Shown here piece after piece: positions 13,458 through 26,923 of a stretch of 64,000 nucleotides of DNA; positions within the stretch are counted from its first letter, which is position 1; the number at the start of each line of letters is the position of its first letter. A program made the translations under genes and the position numbers. The notes under the pieces were generated by a model that searched no databases, had not been told where the DNA came from, and saw only the letters and a program-made list of their open reading frames with translations. The DNA is taken from positions 2,294,001-2,358,000 of the forward strand of contig CM039001.1 in the NCBI GenBank assembly GCA_017499595.2, in the 5' to 3' direction. Source of the DNA: Psilocybe cubensis (taxonomy: Eukaryota).

Positions 13458-16178
13458 TCAATATACATATCGGACTAATTGGTGGTAACTAACGCAAGTC
13501 ATTTGGAAAATAAAGGCAACTTACATTCTGGATTTTCTTGGTCAGTAAGGTCATCAAAGGCATGTTTGTGGGCGAGGCTTTCATCCTACTCCACAAATAA
13601 ATAGTCTGCTATATAGGATCGAATAATCTACTTACCAAAACTTCTTGTCCTGTTTGTTCTGGCGACCTGTTGTATCGTTCTCGACGTTTCAGTACATTTC
13701 GCCGCATAAGATGAACCCGAAGAACGAAGATGGTAACAAGCTGAACCCCATAAACGACCAGGTGGGCCACGAAAGCTTTGAGATATCTTGGTTTGTCGTT
13801 GTCGCGGAAAACTATGATACAATTTGGTTCCACTAAAATGAAAAGTAGAAGGAATGTGAATATACCCTGAGGACCAACGGCATTTCCAACTGCCCATGCA
13901 CTAAACAAAAGCTCTTGAATGATGATTGTGTCAGAGTATACCTACATGGAACCTACATGAACACCATACTGGAAGCTACAACTTGCTTGGTGCGCTACAA
14001 AGGGAGAAAAAATCAGAGGACAGAACATGTAGACTCCCCGATATCTAATACGTACTCCGCCAATATTTCCAGACATCACAGCAAGATTCAGTACAGCAAC
14101 AGCCCCGAAGCCTTGGGTACAACTACGGAGATGAGCACTCACGAAAATTGAATAGAACAACCCTTACTAAAATGCTAAAAGAAGGCCTACTTTCGTTTTA
14201 GCAGAAGTCGGAACGCCTGGTCAAAATGAATCATTAGATGGTGGCAAACCGACTGGAAATAACCTTTACATAAGAAGACAATCGTTCCCGCAACATTGGG
14301 TAATGTGTAAATCTTGTCAGGAAGGTCAAGCAAACAAGCCACGACCACTGTGTAAATGACGTACGAATTCAAGAATAAGACGCTCGTTGAATCTTTTGGA
14401 AAGATAAGCCGCGCTAAAAAGGAAGATCATGATAATAACACCTAAAGGTGCCTCAGAATACCACCTCAATTTCGATATAACAGACAGACCTTGAGCGATA
14501 GCCAACAGGTATGTTTGTAGCTGAGTAAATCCCTTCAGAATCATTATCAGTGGCAAGCCTTTATCCTTGGACAATTGAACTCACAAATTCAGTCAATATG
14601 ATGTTTGAGAATGCCCCCAATCCTCCAGTTGGCAGAGCATTTGTGATAGATATTATTGTGACGGCCCAAACAGTCGAATCTCTTAACGCCTCGCCTGATG
14701 TCTGACTGATAACGGCGCGCCACTTAGGCATCGATTAATTACTTACGAGCTTGATAGAACTACATGAAATATGTAAGTGACAATGAATAATACGCTTGAA
14801 CATAATAGACCACAAATTATTCGAGAATGAAGGTAGCTACCTTAAACTTCCTGTTCTGTATTCCAGTATCATTTTTCCTCACTCTCTCTGCCATAAGTAG
14901 TCGGTCTTCAGGTGAGAAACACGAAGCACGCATTGGACTGTCTGGAAGCCACCAAAGCACAAAGAGCCCCCACACAAACGTGATGCAACCAAGAAGCTGC
15001 GAACAAAACACTTAGTCAGAATTCAAAACTGCTACACTCTGATGCCTGCCGTGAATAGAATTTGCCAGTTCTTTAACCTGGCATGGTGCACTTGAGCGAT
15101 TCCATATGCAATCAAGCCGCCTACACATTGCTGAAAGCCGTTCATCGAATAAAATGCACCAATAACAAGTGCTTGCTCCTCACGAGTGTACCACATTGTC
15201 GAACTAAAAGAAAACGGTCGTTCAGTGTGAGTACCAAAATGTAGATGACAAAAAATTTTACAGAAATACAAAAGCAGGTTGGCATACGCATTCGAAAACA
15301 CCCAGCAAAGTTCTGACAATAATGAGACCTGTAAAATCAGTGCATGCAGCTGTGCATGCAAGGACGGCACCCCAAGCAGCAATGCTAACGGAAATGATTA
15401 ACATTTGGAATTCGTCAAACTGTTTGCATACTTTAAACCAAGATATTTTGCCACAGGTAATCTCTGGATTAGACGATTGGTAGGGAACTCCCAGAGAAGT
15501 CTTGGGATTGAGATGAGCTTTGACAATCCAAAGAATAAGTAAGATATAACTCACATCGCTATATACACTAAAGAGAAAAAATAGAAAAAACGGTCCTTAA
15601 AACGATGTCAACAAAATTGCTAACCACAAGTTGTTAGCCATGCATATTGCTGCCCTTGCAATCGAGTGTCTTCCCGAATTCCCATAATCGATGCGAAGTT
15701 GATTGTTCTAAAATAATAAAATCAGAACGGAACCATATGCAAAATTATCAAGGATGAATTTATACCCTTTATCCAGAGTTTGGGCAACTGAAAAGACGCT
15801 GATGGTCAGAAAAGCAAAGCTGTGGTGTGATCTCTTCCTACAATATGTTACGACCATGACACTCTGAAAGAACACGGAATTCAACGATTTATTCAACACC
15901 AGCAATTGTTCATATATCTGTTCACTCACGAGAACTCGCTTATGAATGAGCCACCTGAGCCTCGAGTTTGTGACATCGTTAATGACAGTAGTTTGGGGAA
16001 CAAGTTTGCTTTGAGCAAAAAACTGTACTACTTCGGCGTCGATACCTATCAAAAAATGAGAACCTGGACGTACGCCTGCATATAGTATGGACGTACCGCT
16101 ACCACCAAAGTTCCGTATGCTTGGAGAAGATATAGCATCGTCATGAGGAAATTTATCAATCTGATCGACGGCGGCCAT
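13458..16178 (-). CDS. MFS transporter, Dal5/allantoate permease (anion:cation symporter) family
   Basis: QTLDKG, RTLLGVFEC, MWYTREEQ, LPDSPMRA, ALPTGGLGAF, WAVGNAVGPQ, C-terminal AFDDLTDQENPEFRYVY. Many short introns and micro-exons. Confidence 0.9.
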
Positions 16179-16515
16179 TTAGGGTGATTTGTGAAGCAAC
16201 AATGCGCCGCACAAACAGGGTGATAGTGTATTGCTACAGAAGTCCATCATTTTATACAAACACTTGACACACGGTCCGGTGGGTGAGGTTTGTGCGTCGT
16301 TTGGAGTTCAAGAAGGTTGTTCCTCTGTACCATTCTGTTTTAAATATTAATTTTAGATCCTTGTCCTCATGGAGCGCCTAGCAAAGTGAAGGACAAATTG
16401 AGAAATGACATGATCCAGTGACACGACAGGCGGGCCGGTTGGGATTGCAGTACTGACCTTCAGATGATTTAAAGACTCGGAAAAAGTCTTTGAAGATGAG
16501 GTTCTTTTGCTGAAG

Positions 16516-17895
16516 ATGTCCCAAAGAAACGCCAATCCTTTGAAACAACAAGTGTTAAACCATATTGATGCTCTAATAAAATGTCTCGTCAACATCGAGG
16601 ATACAACAGGAGAATATTTGCTGACCCTCTCCGATGGAAGGGTCATCGACACCAAAGGCTGGAATGATTGGGAAGTGAGTATGTAAATCTAATTTGATCT
16701 GCAGGTCCTCCTCACCTCTATCCTCCCCCCAGTGGACACACGGGATAGGTAAAATATCAAGACATGACCATCAATATCTGTTTACATTTCACTAGGCCTG
16801 TATGGCCTTTGGCAGTTTTATGAGGTGACTGGCAATCAAGGAGCACTTCGGGTATGCTTGGATTGGTTCCGAGATCGTTTTGCTGTTGGCACTTCAAAGG
16901 TATGTATAGAATAAGATCTGTTATATCCCAAAACAATATGTTCACCATACACGAGAATGTGAACACGATGTCACCTCTTCTCACAGCAGCAAACATCCAT
17001 GACTCTCGACTGGCCAACTATAGTGTTCACATGGATTCATGGGCAGAATGGGTCATGTATGAGATGCCTCGAACAGAAGAAGGAGGCCTGCAGCACATCA
17101 CCTACCTAGAAGACAACAAGGAGCAACTCTGGGACGATACTTTGATGATGTCGGTATTGCCACTCACGAAAATCGGTATTGTCTTTGGAAGAAATGAATA
17201 TATTGAGGAGGCAAAAAGACAGTTTCTTCTCCAGTGAGTATCTCTGTTAAGATTCGGTAGGAAATTACTTGGCTTACCTATATTCTAAGTATTCACTATC
17301 TCAGAGATATTCAAACAGGTTTATGGTTTCACGGTAAGGTTTTTGTAAATCGACATACGAGATCTGATTCCAAGCCAATCAACCAGGGTGGACTTTCGCC
17401 GGACGACATCATTTCGGACGTGTCCATTGGGCCAGAGGGAACTGTTGGGTAACAATCGCCATTCCTGATTTCATCCAGCTCTTGGGTCTTCCTCAAGACG
17501 ACGGCTTACGATTGTTCCTGGTTTCAACATTACGCGCCCAAATCGATGCCTTGGTTGCCTGTCAAGATCAAGCCTCAGGGCTATGGCACACGATTCTTGA
17601 CGACCAAACATCATATTTGGAGGCGTCCGCATCGGCAGGTTTCGCATACGGTATTTTGAAAGCTTTGAGATTAAGACTTGTCTCAAGGGAAGAGCGATAT
17701 GAGTTGGCGTCCAAAAAGGCGATAGAAGGTGTTATTGCCAATATTTCAGAAGCTGGGGAGTTGATGAACGTATCCTTCGGGACCCCCGTTTTTAATGATG
17801 CCGAAAGCTACAGGAAGGTACCACTGACAAGCATGCCATACGGTCAAAGTTTGGCTTTGCTTGCTCTCACTGAGTATCTGAGAACATTTCTGTAG
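16516..17895 (+). CDS. GH105 unsaturated rhamnogalacturonyl hydrolase (YesR-like), no signal peptide
   Basis: DTKGWNDWEWTHGIGLYG, NVNTM, PRTEEGGLQH, QLWDDTLMM, GLWFHGW, WARGNCW, GLWHT, SYLEASASAGF, YGQSL. Includes a 16-nt micro-exon at about 16733-16748. Confidence 0.92.
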
Positions 17896-17949
17896 ATAAC
17901 CTCACATAAACCGACCATGCCATGTACATTGTAGAGCCAACGTAGCCGT

Positions 17950-19862
17950 TTAACCACCTTCAGCCACAAGAATACGCAAATGCCTTCCTACGTGAATAGG
18001 AACAAAGTAGTCTTTGTAAGTGCAAAAATCGCTTATGCTATTTCATAGGTCGGTAAGAGAAGGATAGATAGAAGAAATCAAAACTTACTCTGTATCTATA
18101 ATCTGCATATCCAGCTTCCTGAATAAATAACCAAAGAAGAGGTACAGCTCCGCCCACGCCATGCTGGAAAAAAAGTTGAAATGAGCTAGGCGACGCTAAA
18201 TCAACAATAAGAGGTCATACCTCATACCCATGCACATGCGTGGTCCAGCAGAAAATGGCACCAAAAAACGGCCCAAAGACAGATGAGAAGAATGAAGCCA
18301 TCGTTCGGGTTTAAATTGAGACGGATTAGGGAATAAGGTCTCGTTCAGATGTACTGAGGTGACACTCATGGAAACGATTGTCTTTGACAAGTATGAGTTT
18401 CAACATATACGGAGCTTTGAAGTTGAAATCTTACATTCGGGGGAATCTCGAATCCACCAACCTTCGCACCTGAGTGGCCTACAATCCTCGGCAAAGGTGT
18501 TACAAATCCGTGAGAAAGACGCAAAGATTCCTTTATGACGGCAGTCTACGGTTATTTCTCATTAGTTAGGAAAACACCGCTTTCAATGTAAGAAACTACT
18601 TACAAGGTAAGGTAACTTCTGCAAAAATGCAAGGTCGACTGGGACCGTTTTGTCAGGCCATTGTGTGCGAAGTTCGGTGATGAGTTGTGTGTAAATAACC
18701 TTGTCATTGAGAACATAGAACGTCCCAACTGTACAAGTGTTACCAACTGTGTCGCTTCCAGCTTGAAGGAGCGAAAGGCTCTCGTCGATGATGGCTTGCA
18801 GAGAAGGATATATCAGACCGGCTTTGGACATAGGGTCAAATAATCGGTGGCAAATAGTTGATAGGGAAGGCTCGGGGTGAGCTTTAAGTTTGACCTCCTG
18901 AGCAGTACGATCCAATGACGCAACAAGAAAATTCCGTACAAAAAGCAGTGCTTGAAACTGCTCGAATATACTCCTCGCACACCACTTTGACTTTGGCAGA
19001 ATAGATAGAATAGGCAGCACCCATGGAAACGATTTGATCACCCATAACAGGGGCAGGGCAATCTGTATGTTCAACAAAAGGGGCGAGGAGAAATCGGGGT
19101 ATTCAATGGCATCAAGACAGTGGCCAAACATGTACGCAGTTATTATATCCAAAGTTGCGCTTCGAAAGGCCAAAAACATGTCTGTAGTGGTGCCTGATGT
19201 TGTTTCTAGTTTGGAGACGAGCCGATCAACCTAAGCAGTTGGATAAGTATAGGGATGACCAACGTCATATATCTTTGCTTACTTTTTGCTGGATCACATC
19301 CTCTAATTTTATAACTTCCTTTCGGGAGAAAAACTTGTTCATGAATGAACGTCGTGTTTTGGAAACGTGGGGATCAATGGCACCAAAAGCAGAGCCATTG
19401 GCATTGAAACAACTGTAAAATTTTGGATCCTTCGTTAGGTGGGATCCAACAGAATAGATCTCAGAATATGCGCGAAAATCGTTGAAGTGGAGCTGGGGGA
19501 GCATGTCAGTTAGGATGTACGAATGTTAGAGGTTGAAACGCACTTCATTAGGACCAATGCGAATGACAGAACCTATCACAGAATACATTCATTTAGACGT
19601 CGAGTATATCTGTGAGTTGAAGTAGCGGTGCCATACCATAGATGGAATGTAGCCGATGTATTTGTGTTAACATTTCGCCGCCCTTGATAATATCATAATA
19701 CGTCTTATACAAAGACGTAGCTGCGGCCAGCCGAGGACCAGGAAAAGAGGACAATGGATGAAAGTAAAGCCTTCGAACCATTACGAAAAGTCCAGAAACC
19801 AAGAAGCAAAGGAGCGTTGCGCAAGTAGAACGGCATATCAAGAATAATATAAAGGTATGCAT
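17950..19862 (-). CDS. Cytochrome P450
   Basis: N-terminal TM helix, FHPLSSFPGP, I-helix AGSDT, KESLR, FKPERW, heme motif FSAGPRMCMG. Confidence 0.93.
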
Positions 19863-21333
19863 GGCGTTGATAGGTGACTTTGAAGGTTTGACTCCTTGAG
19901 TTTTATAGTCTTCATTGCAGCAAACCTGGTCACGACGGATTCTGTACGTTTGACAGCTCGAAGAATTCAAACAGGAGTTCACGCCATTCCTTGTTCGCAA
20001 TCATAGTGACTGGCATCGCCGTCGGAAATTTTTGGCCGGTCGGATAGGGATGTATACAGTGGACTGGCTTCTTGTACCAACCGGTGATTTGGTTTGACTG
20101 CCATTAACGCCCAAATTCGAAACAAAGAATTGCATGCCGAATAATGATGTAGCTGGAACGCGGCGGCGGCGGTCTAAGGTTATGGAGCTTTGAGTGACAG
20201 GCCTATCCGCGGAACTATCATGACCGATATTCCTGGTCTGCTGGTGGCGAGGAGAGTGATGCCACTCTACGGGTGGGGTAGAAGAGACCATGTGGTCGAG
20301 ACGTTTGCGCAACCAAGGCACAGGCTGGATAATCCCAGCAAGACATAAACAAGGGTACCGTGTATAAAGATCTGAAATGATATTGCGTCGGGCACACATA
20401 TGGTTTAATGTTCTGGATGCTTGATGGCGCAAAAGAACGCGAGGGAGGCAAAAAAAATTGAAGGGACGATATCGGTTTTTGATCTGCGGTCTTCTCTGGA
20501 ATACTTCCACTAAGCAGAAGGCATGGAGATCAGGTACGTTCTTCTGGCAACAAAACCAGGCAGCTTTTGGAGCCGCGGAGGACAACGAAAGAAGAACGGG
20601 TACACGGCAAACCCTCAGCATAATCTTTTGTCTTTGTCTCGTAAAGTTTGATCATTATTTTCATCGATAAAATTCGGCGAAGGCAAGGTCAAGGAGTGAT
20701 TGTAAAATTCATTCAATGGGTTGTCAGATCGGTTGGGGCCTAAAGATTTAACAACTCAATGCAATGTCGCTCGACGCTGCCAGGGGTCAAACAATGCCAT
20801 TGTATCAGTGCGCTCTTTTCGCGCATAAATCCTTCAGAGGGTAGATAAGCGGTGTAAGAAATCACATAGACACGATCACCCCACATAGGAGTCAAATGCA
20901 TACCCAAATTGCGAACATCGCGACGTTGCAATCCTTAACGACCTGGATTCTGGAAGGTGTAGCTCCGAGACTTGGACAGTAGAGCATTCAGCAGAAGGTA
21001 TTCGACCATTGCTGGAAAGTGTGTACGAGCCACACTACGAAACCAGGTTCTTGAACGACGAAATAAATTGCAGTAATGGTGATGGGGAAGTAACAAGGGG
21101 CGGGAAGCGGGCTGAACGCGTCATGAACGAATCGAACCCAAGGTCACGCCCACATCAATCGCCCGCAATTACACGGGTGTCGGCGGTCGCGAGTTGCTAG
21201 TCGATACACAAAATTTCGAAAGTTCGATTATTAAACCAATTAACAGTATTGTAGATATTACGGGGGTCAACGTATTCGAATAGTATGCATACACATATTG
21301 AGGTCCGATACTATAGACCGTTAGATTTGTAGA

Positions 21334-23590
21334 TCATAGATGACCAGGCAATTTCCTAGATCGCTCCTCCAAACTTCCTACGCGAATGTCATTATTTAAC
21401 CTCCCAACAAGACTACTTTCTCTTGTCCCCCTATCTCGACTCTCCTGTGTCCCTTCATATCCGTACCAACTCATCGTCCTTCGCCTTCCGGTGTAATCCG
21501 GGGAAGTTCCGTCTCGTTCAACGTCAAAATCTGCGTTGGTACGCGAGGGAATGGATCTTGGAGGGGTATGGACAAGCAAAAGATGCTATCAAAAAGATTA
21601 AAAGGAGCCATGGTTCGTAAGGATGATTATTACCTGTGCTGGTGAAATTCCCATGACTGCACTACGCTTGCGGCCTAGAGATGGGGTGTCTTTCGGACCA
21701 GTCACGCCGCTTGGGAGAACCAGAGTAGCGCGGCTCCTTCTGCCCACAGTCCCTAGACCCAACTGATCACCATCTGAAACGTTGGGAGCTTCACCGTCGT
21801 TAATAGAGTTCGCTGAGCTTCCAATCACTTGACCGTCATTCTGCCCGGAATTTTTTGGGGTCCAGGCTATAATAAACACACCCGCAAATGTGGCAGCACA
21901 CCCATACAGGAAGGTAACAACTTCATGAAACTTTGCTTTTTGAAAATCGCCGTACAGGATTGCAGATCCAGTGATAGCGGAGAGTGTGAAAAGAACAAAT
22001 TGGATGGGTATGACGACCTAAGAATTTACGAATGTATTCAGATATAGTGTAAGAAGCTGTGCTGTTGTTGACATACTTTACTGTCAAAGCGCATAAGCGC
22101 CCTGTTGAGATATCGTATTTGCCCAATTCCGGTGAACATAAGCACCTGAACAATGTTAACCAATTACAGAATAATAATTTTCGATGCATACTGCTATCAG
22201 AGGATAAGTTATCCATTCACGGAAGATTTCAAACCCTCGCAGGGTCAGCAATGTCGATATAGCCTTGGTCGAAAGCACAGTAAATCCGCCTTACAACCTG
22301 TTGAGTAAATTTTTCTTGATAAAGGGGAGGAAAGCTTACCAAATAGAGCACAAAGTCCAACATCAACGAAAACCCATGTCTGTCCGACTATTCCCTCGGA
22401 AAAAGTAGCAAGGATAATGGCGCCTGCAGTATAAATACATGCATAGATGACGAAAGGTGTTTGAAGAATGGCAGTCAAGAGTGCATCCGGATCTAATCGT
22501 CTGTCCGATGCATTCGAAGCCAGAACAACCGTTACTGCACCGATTATGGCAATCCCTACTCCCAAAAGATCTCGCTGCAAAAGCGCCGTTTTAGAGAAAA
22601 ACTGATATATTCGACAACGAGTTACCTTTCGAAAGTATTCACCGAGCAGTAACGGGGCAAAGAAGCAATTAGCCATAAGAGCAAACTGTTATAACCGATA
22701 CCAGTTATTAACCATAACTGATAGTCGATGTGAAACAAGGCGAACGCACTGTACCAAGAGGAGCTACTACTGAAGCGGGTGCAAAGGCGTAGGAGATAAA
22801 GTTTCCCAATTCTCCAACGTTCATGAGTAAAAATCCGAGCCACCTTATGCAAATGAGGTTAGAATTTATAAAAGCAAAAAAAATCATCAACGCTGACCAT
22901 AATTTAGATTTCAAGTAATCGCCTTCGTTCTTATTCACAGAATCTGAACTACCTTGTCTTTTCAACCCATTCGAATTCCTCGAAGGAAGACCGTGTAGGG
23001 CAGCATCTTCGGTCATTATTTCAACAGGAATATACTTGGCCTGTGACACTTTATTTCGGATGCGGAGTGGATTGAAGCGAGAAACGAAGGGCCGTTTGAC
23101 TTTCGACGCTAGTATTTTGGGACTTCCTGATGCTTCGGACCCATAGTCTCGGATTATAGGCTCTGGAAAGGCTATCAGAGGCTGGCGCTCTGTGGGCGTT
23201 GGACTGTCAGAAAAAACGTCCTCTTCTTCAGGTATATTATGCGTGCCAGCCGCGACGACTCCACCATTTTCATCAGGGCTTGTATCATCTACAAATATGT
23301 ACAGTAGTAATCCTCAAACACCATTGTACTTGCTTACGATTTTTGCCATTTGTTGAATCACCAGCCAATTTCTTCTTCTTCTCCACCCTCATATGAGCCA
23401 GTTTTTGCAGATTCAATGCAAGAGAAATGAGAACATTTCCAGAGATCGCAACTATGATTCCAATCAAAGTCTGCGTAGTAATCGACGGGAGGTCGTCCAT
23501 TGCTCGAAAGACAGGGAGAGTAGAAGGACCAGGTTCGGCTAGGTTCCTCGTGGAGTACACGGTGCCATATGCAGAGGGGTCTACAATCAT
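21334..23590 (-). CDS. NIPA/DUF803 magnesium transporter
   Basis: GNVLISLALNLQKLAH, YLKSKLWW.GFLLMNVGELGNFISYAFAPASVVAPLG, VDVGLCALFG. Start codon could alternatively be near 23500. Confidence 0.88.
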
Positions 23591-23970
23591 AGCAAGAGGG
23601 CCTAGTAGCAACTTGATTTCGAAGGCTGATGGAGGCAGGACAATTCAGACGGTCCTGTTGACCGTCATATGTGGACCTCTGCAGAAAGAAGGAGAGAAAG
23701 GAGAAAAACGATGATACAGTTTGAAATTACACTATGATATCGCTCGCGGAGCCCATCAACTCTGTCTCGAATTAGAAGACTAAAATCAATCAGCCGAGTG
23801 GTTGAACGTGCGACTGGGCAGTGAAACCGTAAACGTCACGTCACATGACGAAGCGTTACTTACTTGCCCACGCGTTGTCGCGTGAATTGCACGTCACTCT
23901 CCTGAACTGTTACTGGCAACTAAACAGCGCGAGCGGTTTAGCAAGTATTACACCTCCCGGTTCATCCGCT

Positions 23971-25729
23971 ATGCGCCCCAAACACACACAACACCCTCTT
24001 CCGGCGTTTCCAGTGTATTCATGTGCTTTCTTGTCGCCAACGGAACTGGTTTTGGGAGGCGGAGGAGGTGCTTCCCGAAGTGGTATTAAGAATAAACTTG
24101 TCAGTGGGACTCTTCGCAGATATACTGTCTTCAGTTAAATTTGTGCATCCAGCGTCTTTACAATGTTAGCGATGACCGCTCCATTGAACTCAAGGATGAA
24201 TATGAATTAGAGAAAGGCGAAGACGCCCCTATGAGCATGGCCGTCCACCAAAAGGTGAGTTGTTATAGTTATGCAAAGTCATATCTGTTTACACCGACTA
24301 CAGACTGCGACCATTGTTTGCGGCGTTAACAGCGTAGAAGAAAAGCTTTTGAAAGGCGAGAACGAGCATTGCCGGACATTCAGCGTTGCTGCAGCGAAGT
24401 GTGTCATTCACTTCCCTTGGTTAATGGATAAACATTCATATGTGATTCTAGAATCAAGCCGCTGACTACCACGAATACTATACCCGTTGTCCCAGACAAG
24501 GACGATTTTCAAGTTGAATTTTTTTCATTTGCTCTTCAATTTCATACTAATTAAGATTCCAGAAAGTGACGGTGTTGTCACCAGATGGAACCCTGCTGGC
24601 TATTGCTGGTTCAAACGACGTTCGTGACTGTTTATAACCTCTTTGATAATGAATTAACACCTTCCTATAGTTAACTCTTCTTTCTTTCCCATCTTTGGAA
24701 CCAGTCGTTGAGACCATTCACGTTGAGAGGGACATATATGATGCTACGTTCTCCAAAAACAACGTTCGTGCCGTTCTTGGATACTATTTTTTGATCAGGC
24801 TAACTGTCTTGCTAGTTGGTAATCACAACTACACATAACCTCTTGGTCTATGGCCTACCAACAACTGTGCCCAAATCCTCTACTACAACATCACCCAAAA
24901 AGTCCAAGAAAAAAAGCAAAGCCACTGCCAGCGAAACTAATGAAAAGCTTTCGTCTTTGGAATTACAAAAGACTGTTGATGTACCGCCATCAACGGGTGA
25001 AGGGAGCACGTTCCGCGCCGGCAGGTAGGCCTTTGCAGCAACCCAAATGTTTTAATTTCCGCATCTCACAATTGAATATGATAGATACCACCCTACGGAC
25101 GACAAGACAATGTATACAGTCATCAATGTCGTACCTCCTAGATCTCGCAAAACTAAAAGTTTGAACCGCCAATCTTTTATCTGCAAATGGAACACTAGTT
25201 CATGGGTGTTGGAAAAAATACGAAAGGTCGGGGATGGTGGGCTTACTTGTATGGACTTGAGGTAAAAAGTCAAAGACGTCGTATTTTGAATTCGTTGGAC
25301 TGATCAATCGTGAACATAATATAGTCCCGATGGCCGCTTTATAGGATATGGGTTCTCTGACTTGACAGTAGGATTGTTGGACGCAAAAAGCCTCAGTGTA
25401 TGTCATTGCTCTTAATACTTGAATTTGCTAACATCTGGTTTCCTATAGCCCTTTGCTTCTATTTTGAAGGCTCACGAATTCCCCCCAACAATTGTCAAAT
25501 TCAATTTAGATTCCACTCTGCTTATTTCTGGAAGCCCGGATAATTCAATTCGAATTGTATCTATACCAAGCGATGCTACTGGTTCCTGTACGAGTTTTGT
25601 TTTTGTTTTCGTAAACTCACTAACGATTGTGCTTTAGCTCTCACCACCATCGTGATCATTCTTTTAACAATTTTGGTTTTGCTGCTTGCGGTAGCAGCCA
25701 GACAATTCCCTGGTGGTATTGGTCTGTAA
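23971..25729 (+). CDS. SEC12: Sec12/PREB-like WD40 Sar1 GEF with C-terminal TM helix
   Basis: FPVYS...LVLGGGGGASRSGIKNKL (K-loop-like), EDAPMSMA, SPDGTLLA, KAHEFPPT, LISGSPDNSIR, terminal hydrophobic helix. Confidence 0.85.
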
Positions 25730-25859
25730 CTTGTAACACTGTTATACTTTTACAAGGATATATGTTTATATAGAATCAATATGCTGTGTATAGTACAATA
25801 AAGAAGGCACCTAATCAAGTGCCAGGTATAATACGACGTACCAAATACATAATAGGGGA

Positions 25860-26699
25860 TTAGTCGTAGTCGTCTTCTTCAACAAGTTTTCTTTTCACGC
25901 CGTTAGAAGGTTCTACCAGAGATGTTGATACCTCCTCCATCCCATCACTCTCTTCGTCTTCATCGTCGCCTCCGGCGAACAACCCGTCTTCTTCTTCTTC
26001 AGCAGCGTCGCTGCCCTCGTCCTGGTCCATACGCATACCTGAGGGTGTTCCAAGCATATCAACATCGGCCGGAGTGGCTATCGCACTGATAGGGAAGGGT
26101 GCCTCTTCTCTCATAGGCTGATCCTGTGACGGTTGGCGTTCGATAGGAGCTGGTACCATATCTGTATCTTCCTCCTCTTCCTCCTCTGATTCTGACTCTT
26201 CAATTTCCTCGATCTCTTCGTCATAGAGTTTGACGCCGGGGGGTGGTTTGTTGGGGATCAAGTCAAAGTCGACCGAGGCCAGACACTCCGACGCCGGAGG
26301 AAGACGGAGACCGAAGACTTCTGGGACAGCGGGAAGGGGTTGCGCATTGACTTCCGCGGCGAGCGACAATATGTACTGGTGATGTCATATTCAAATTGAG
26401 ACAGAAAATCTACTCGGTATATGTTGCCGACTGACCTCTTTGGGCACGCGTCCGCCGAACTCCCAGCCGACACGAGCTTGGACGGCAAGGGTTACATCGT
26501 CCATCTCGATCTTGCCTGCGCGGTTGGCGTGTTCGGCGTAGACACTCGCGTCGGTCAGGACCTGGGTTGTGTACCTATGGGAGAACTCGAGGAGCTGGTG
26601 CAAGACGCCTGGCTGTACATCCTGCACCGAGGGCGCAGAGGAGAGTATTAATGCGATTGCCCGGGCAGTGGCTGGGAGATTGTCCGCTGGACGAGACAT
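25860..26699 (-). CDS. TAF9: TFIID/SAGA subunit TAF9
   Basis: Histone fold QLLEFSHRYTTQVLTDASVYAEHA...DDVTLAVQAR, LAAEVNAQPLP, FGLRLPP; acidic tail ending KRKLVEEDDYD. Confidence 0.93.
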
Positions 26700-26711
26700 G
26701 GTTGTTCTGCT

Positions 26712-26861
26712 CCAATGACCGAGACGCGCTCAGAATTGCGTTGATGACATGTGTTTGGCAAGGGCCTCAGCCAATGGGAGGCTTGCGTGTGCTGATTGGC
26801 TCGATTTGCTGCGGACCAATGAGGATGGTGGGAGCATGTGACTGGCCGGTGGGACACCAAT
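26712..26861. promoter_or_regulatory. CCAAT-box cluster in the TAF9/ISU1 bidirectional promoter
   Basis: CCAAT at 26712, 26771, 26816 and 26857, ATTGG at 26795. Confidence 0.6.
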
Positions 26862-26923
26862 TGAATGACAAAGCCAGGCCGTCTCCACACTGGTCCCTCC
26901 TCAGTCCTTTACACCCATCGACC

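Noticed and set aside
13458-19862. Secondary-metabolite biosynthetic cluster
   Set aside because: No PKS, NRPS, terpene synthase or RiPP precursor in the window.
20001-20670. 206-aa and overlapping ORFs upstream of the P450
   Set aside because: No recognisable domain or splice structure; probably promoter or intergenic sequence.
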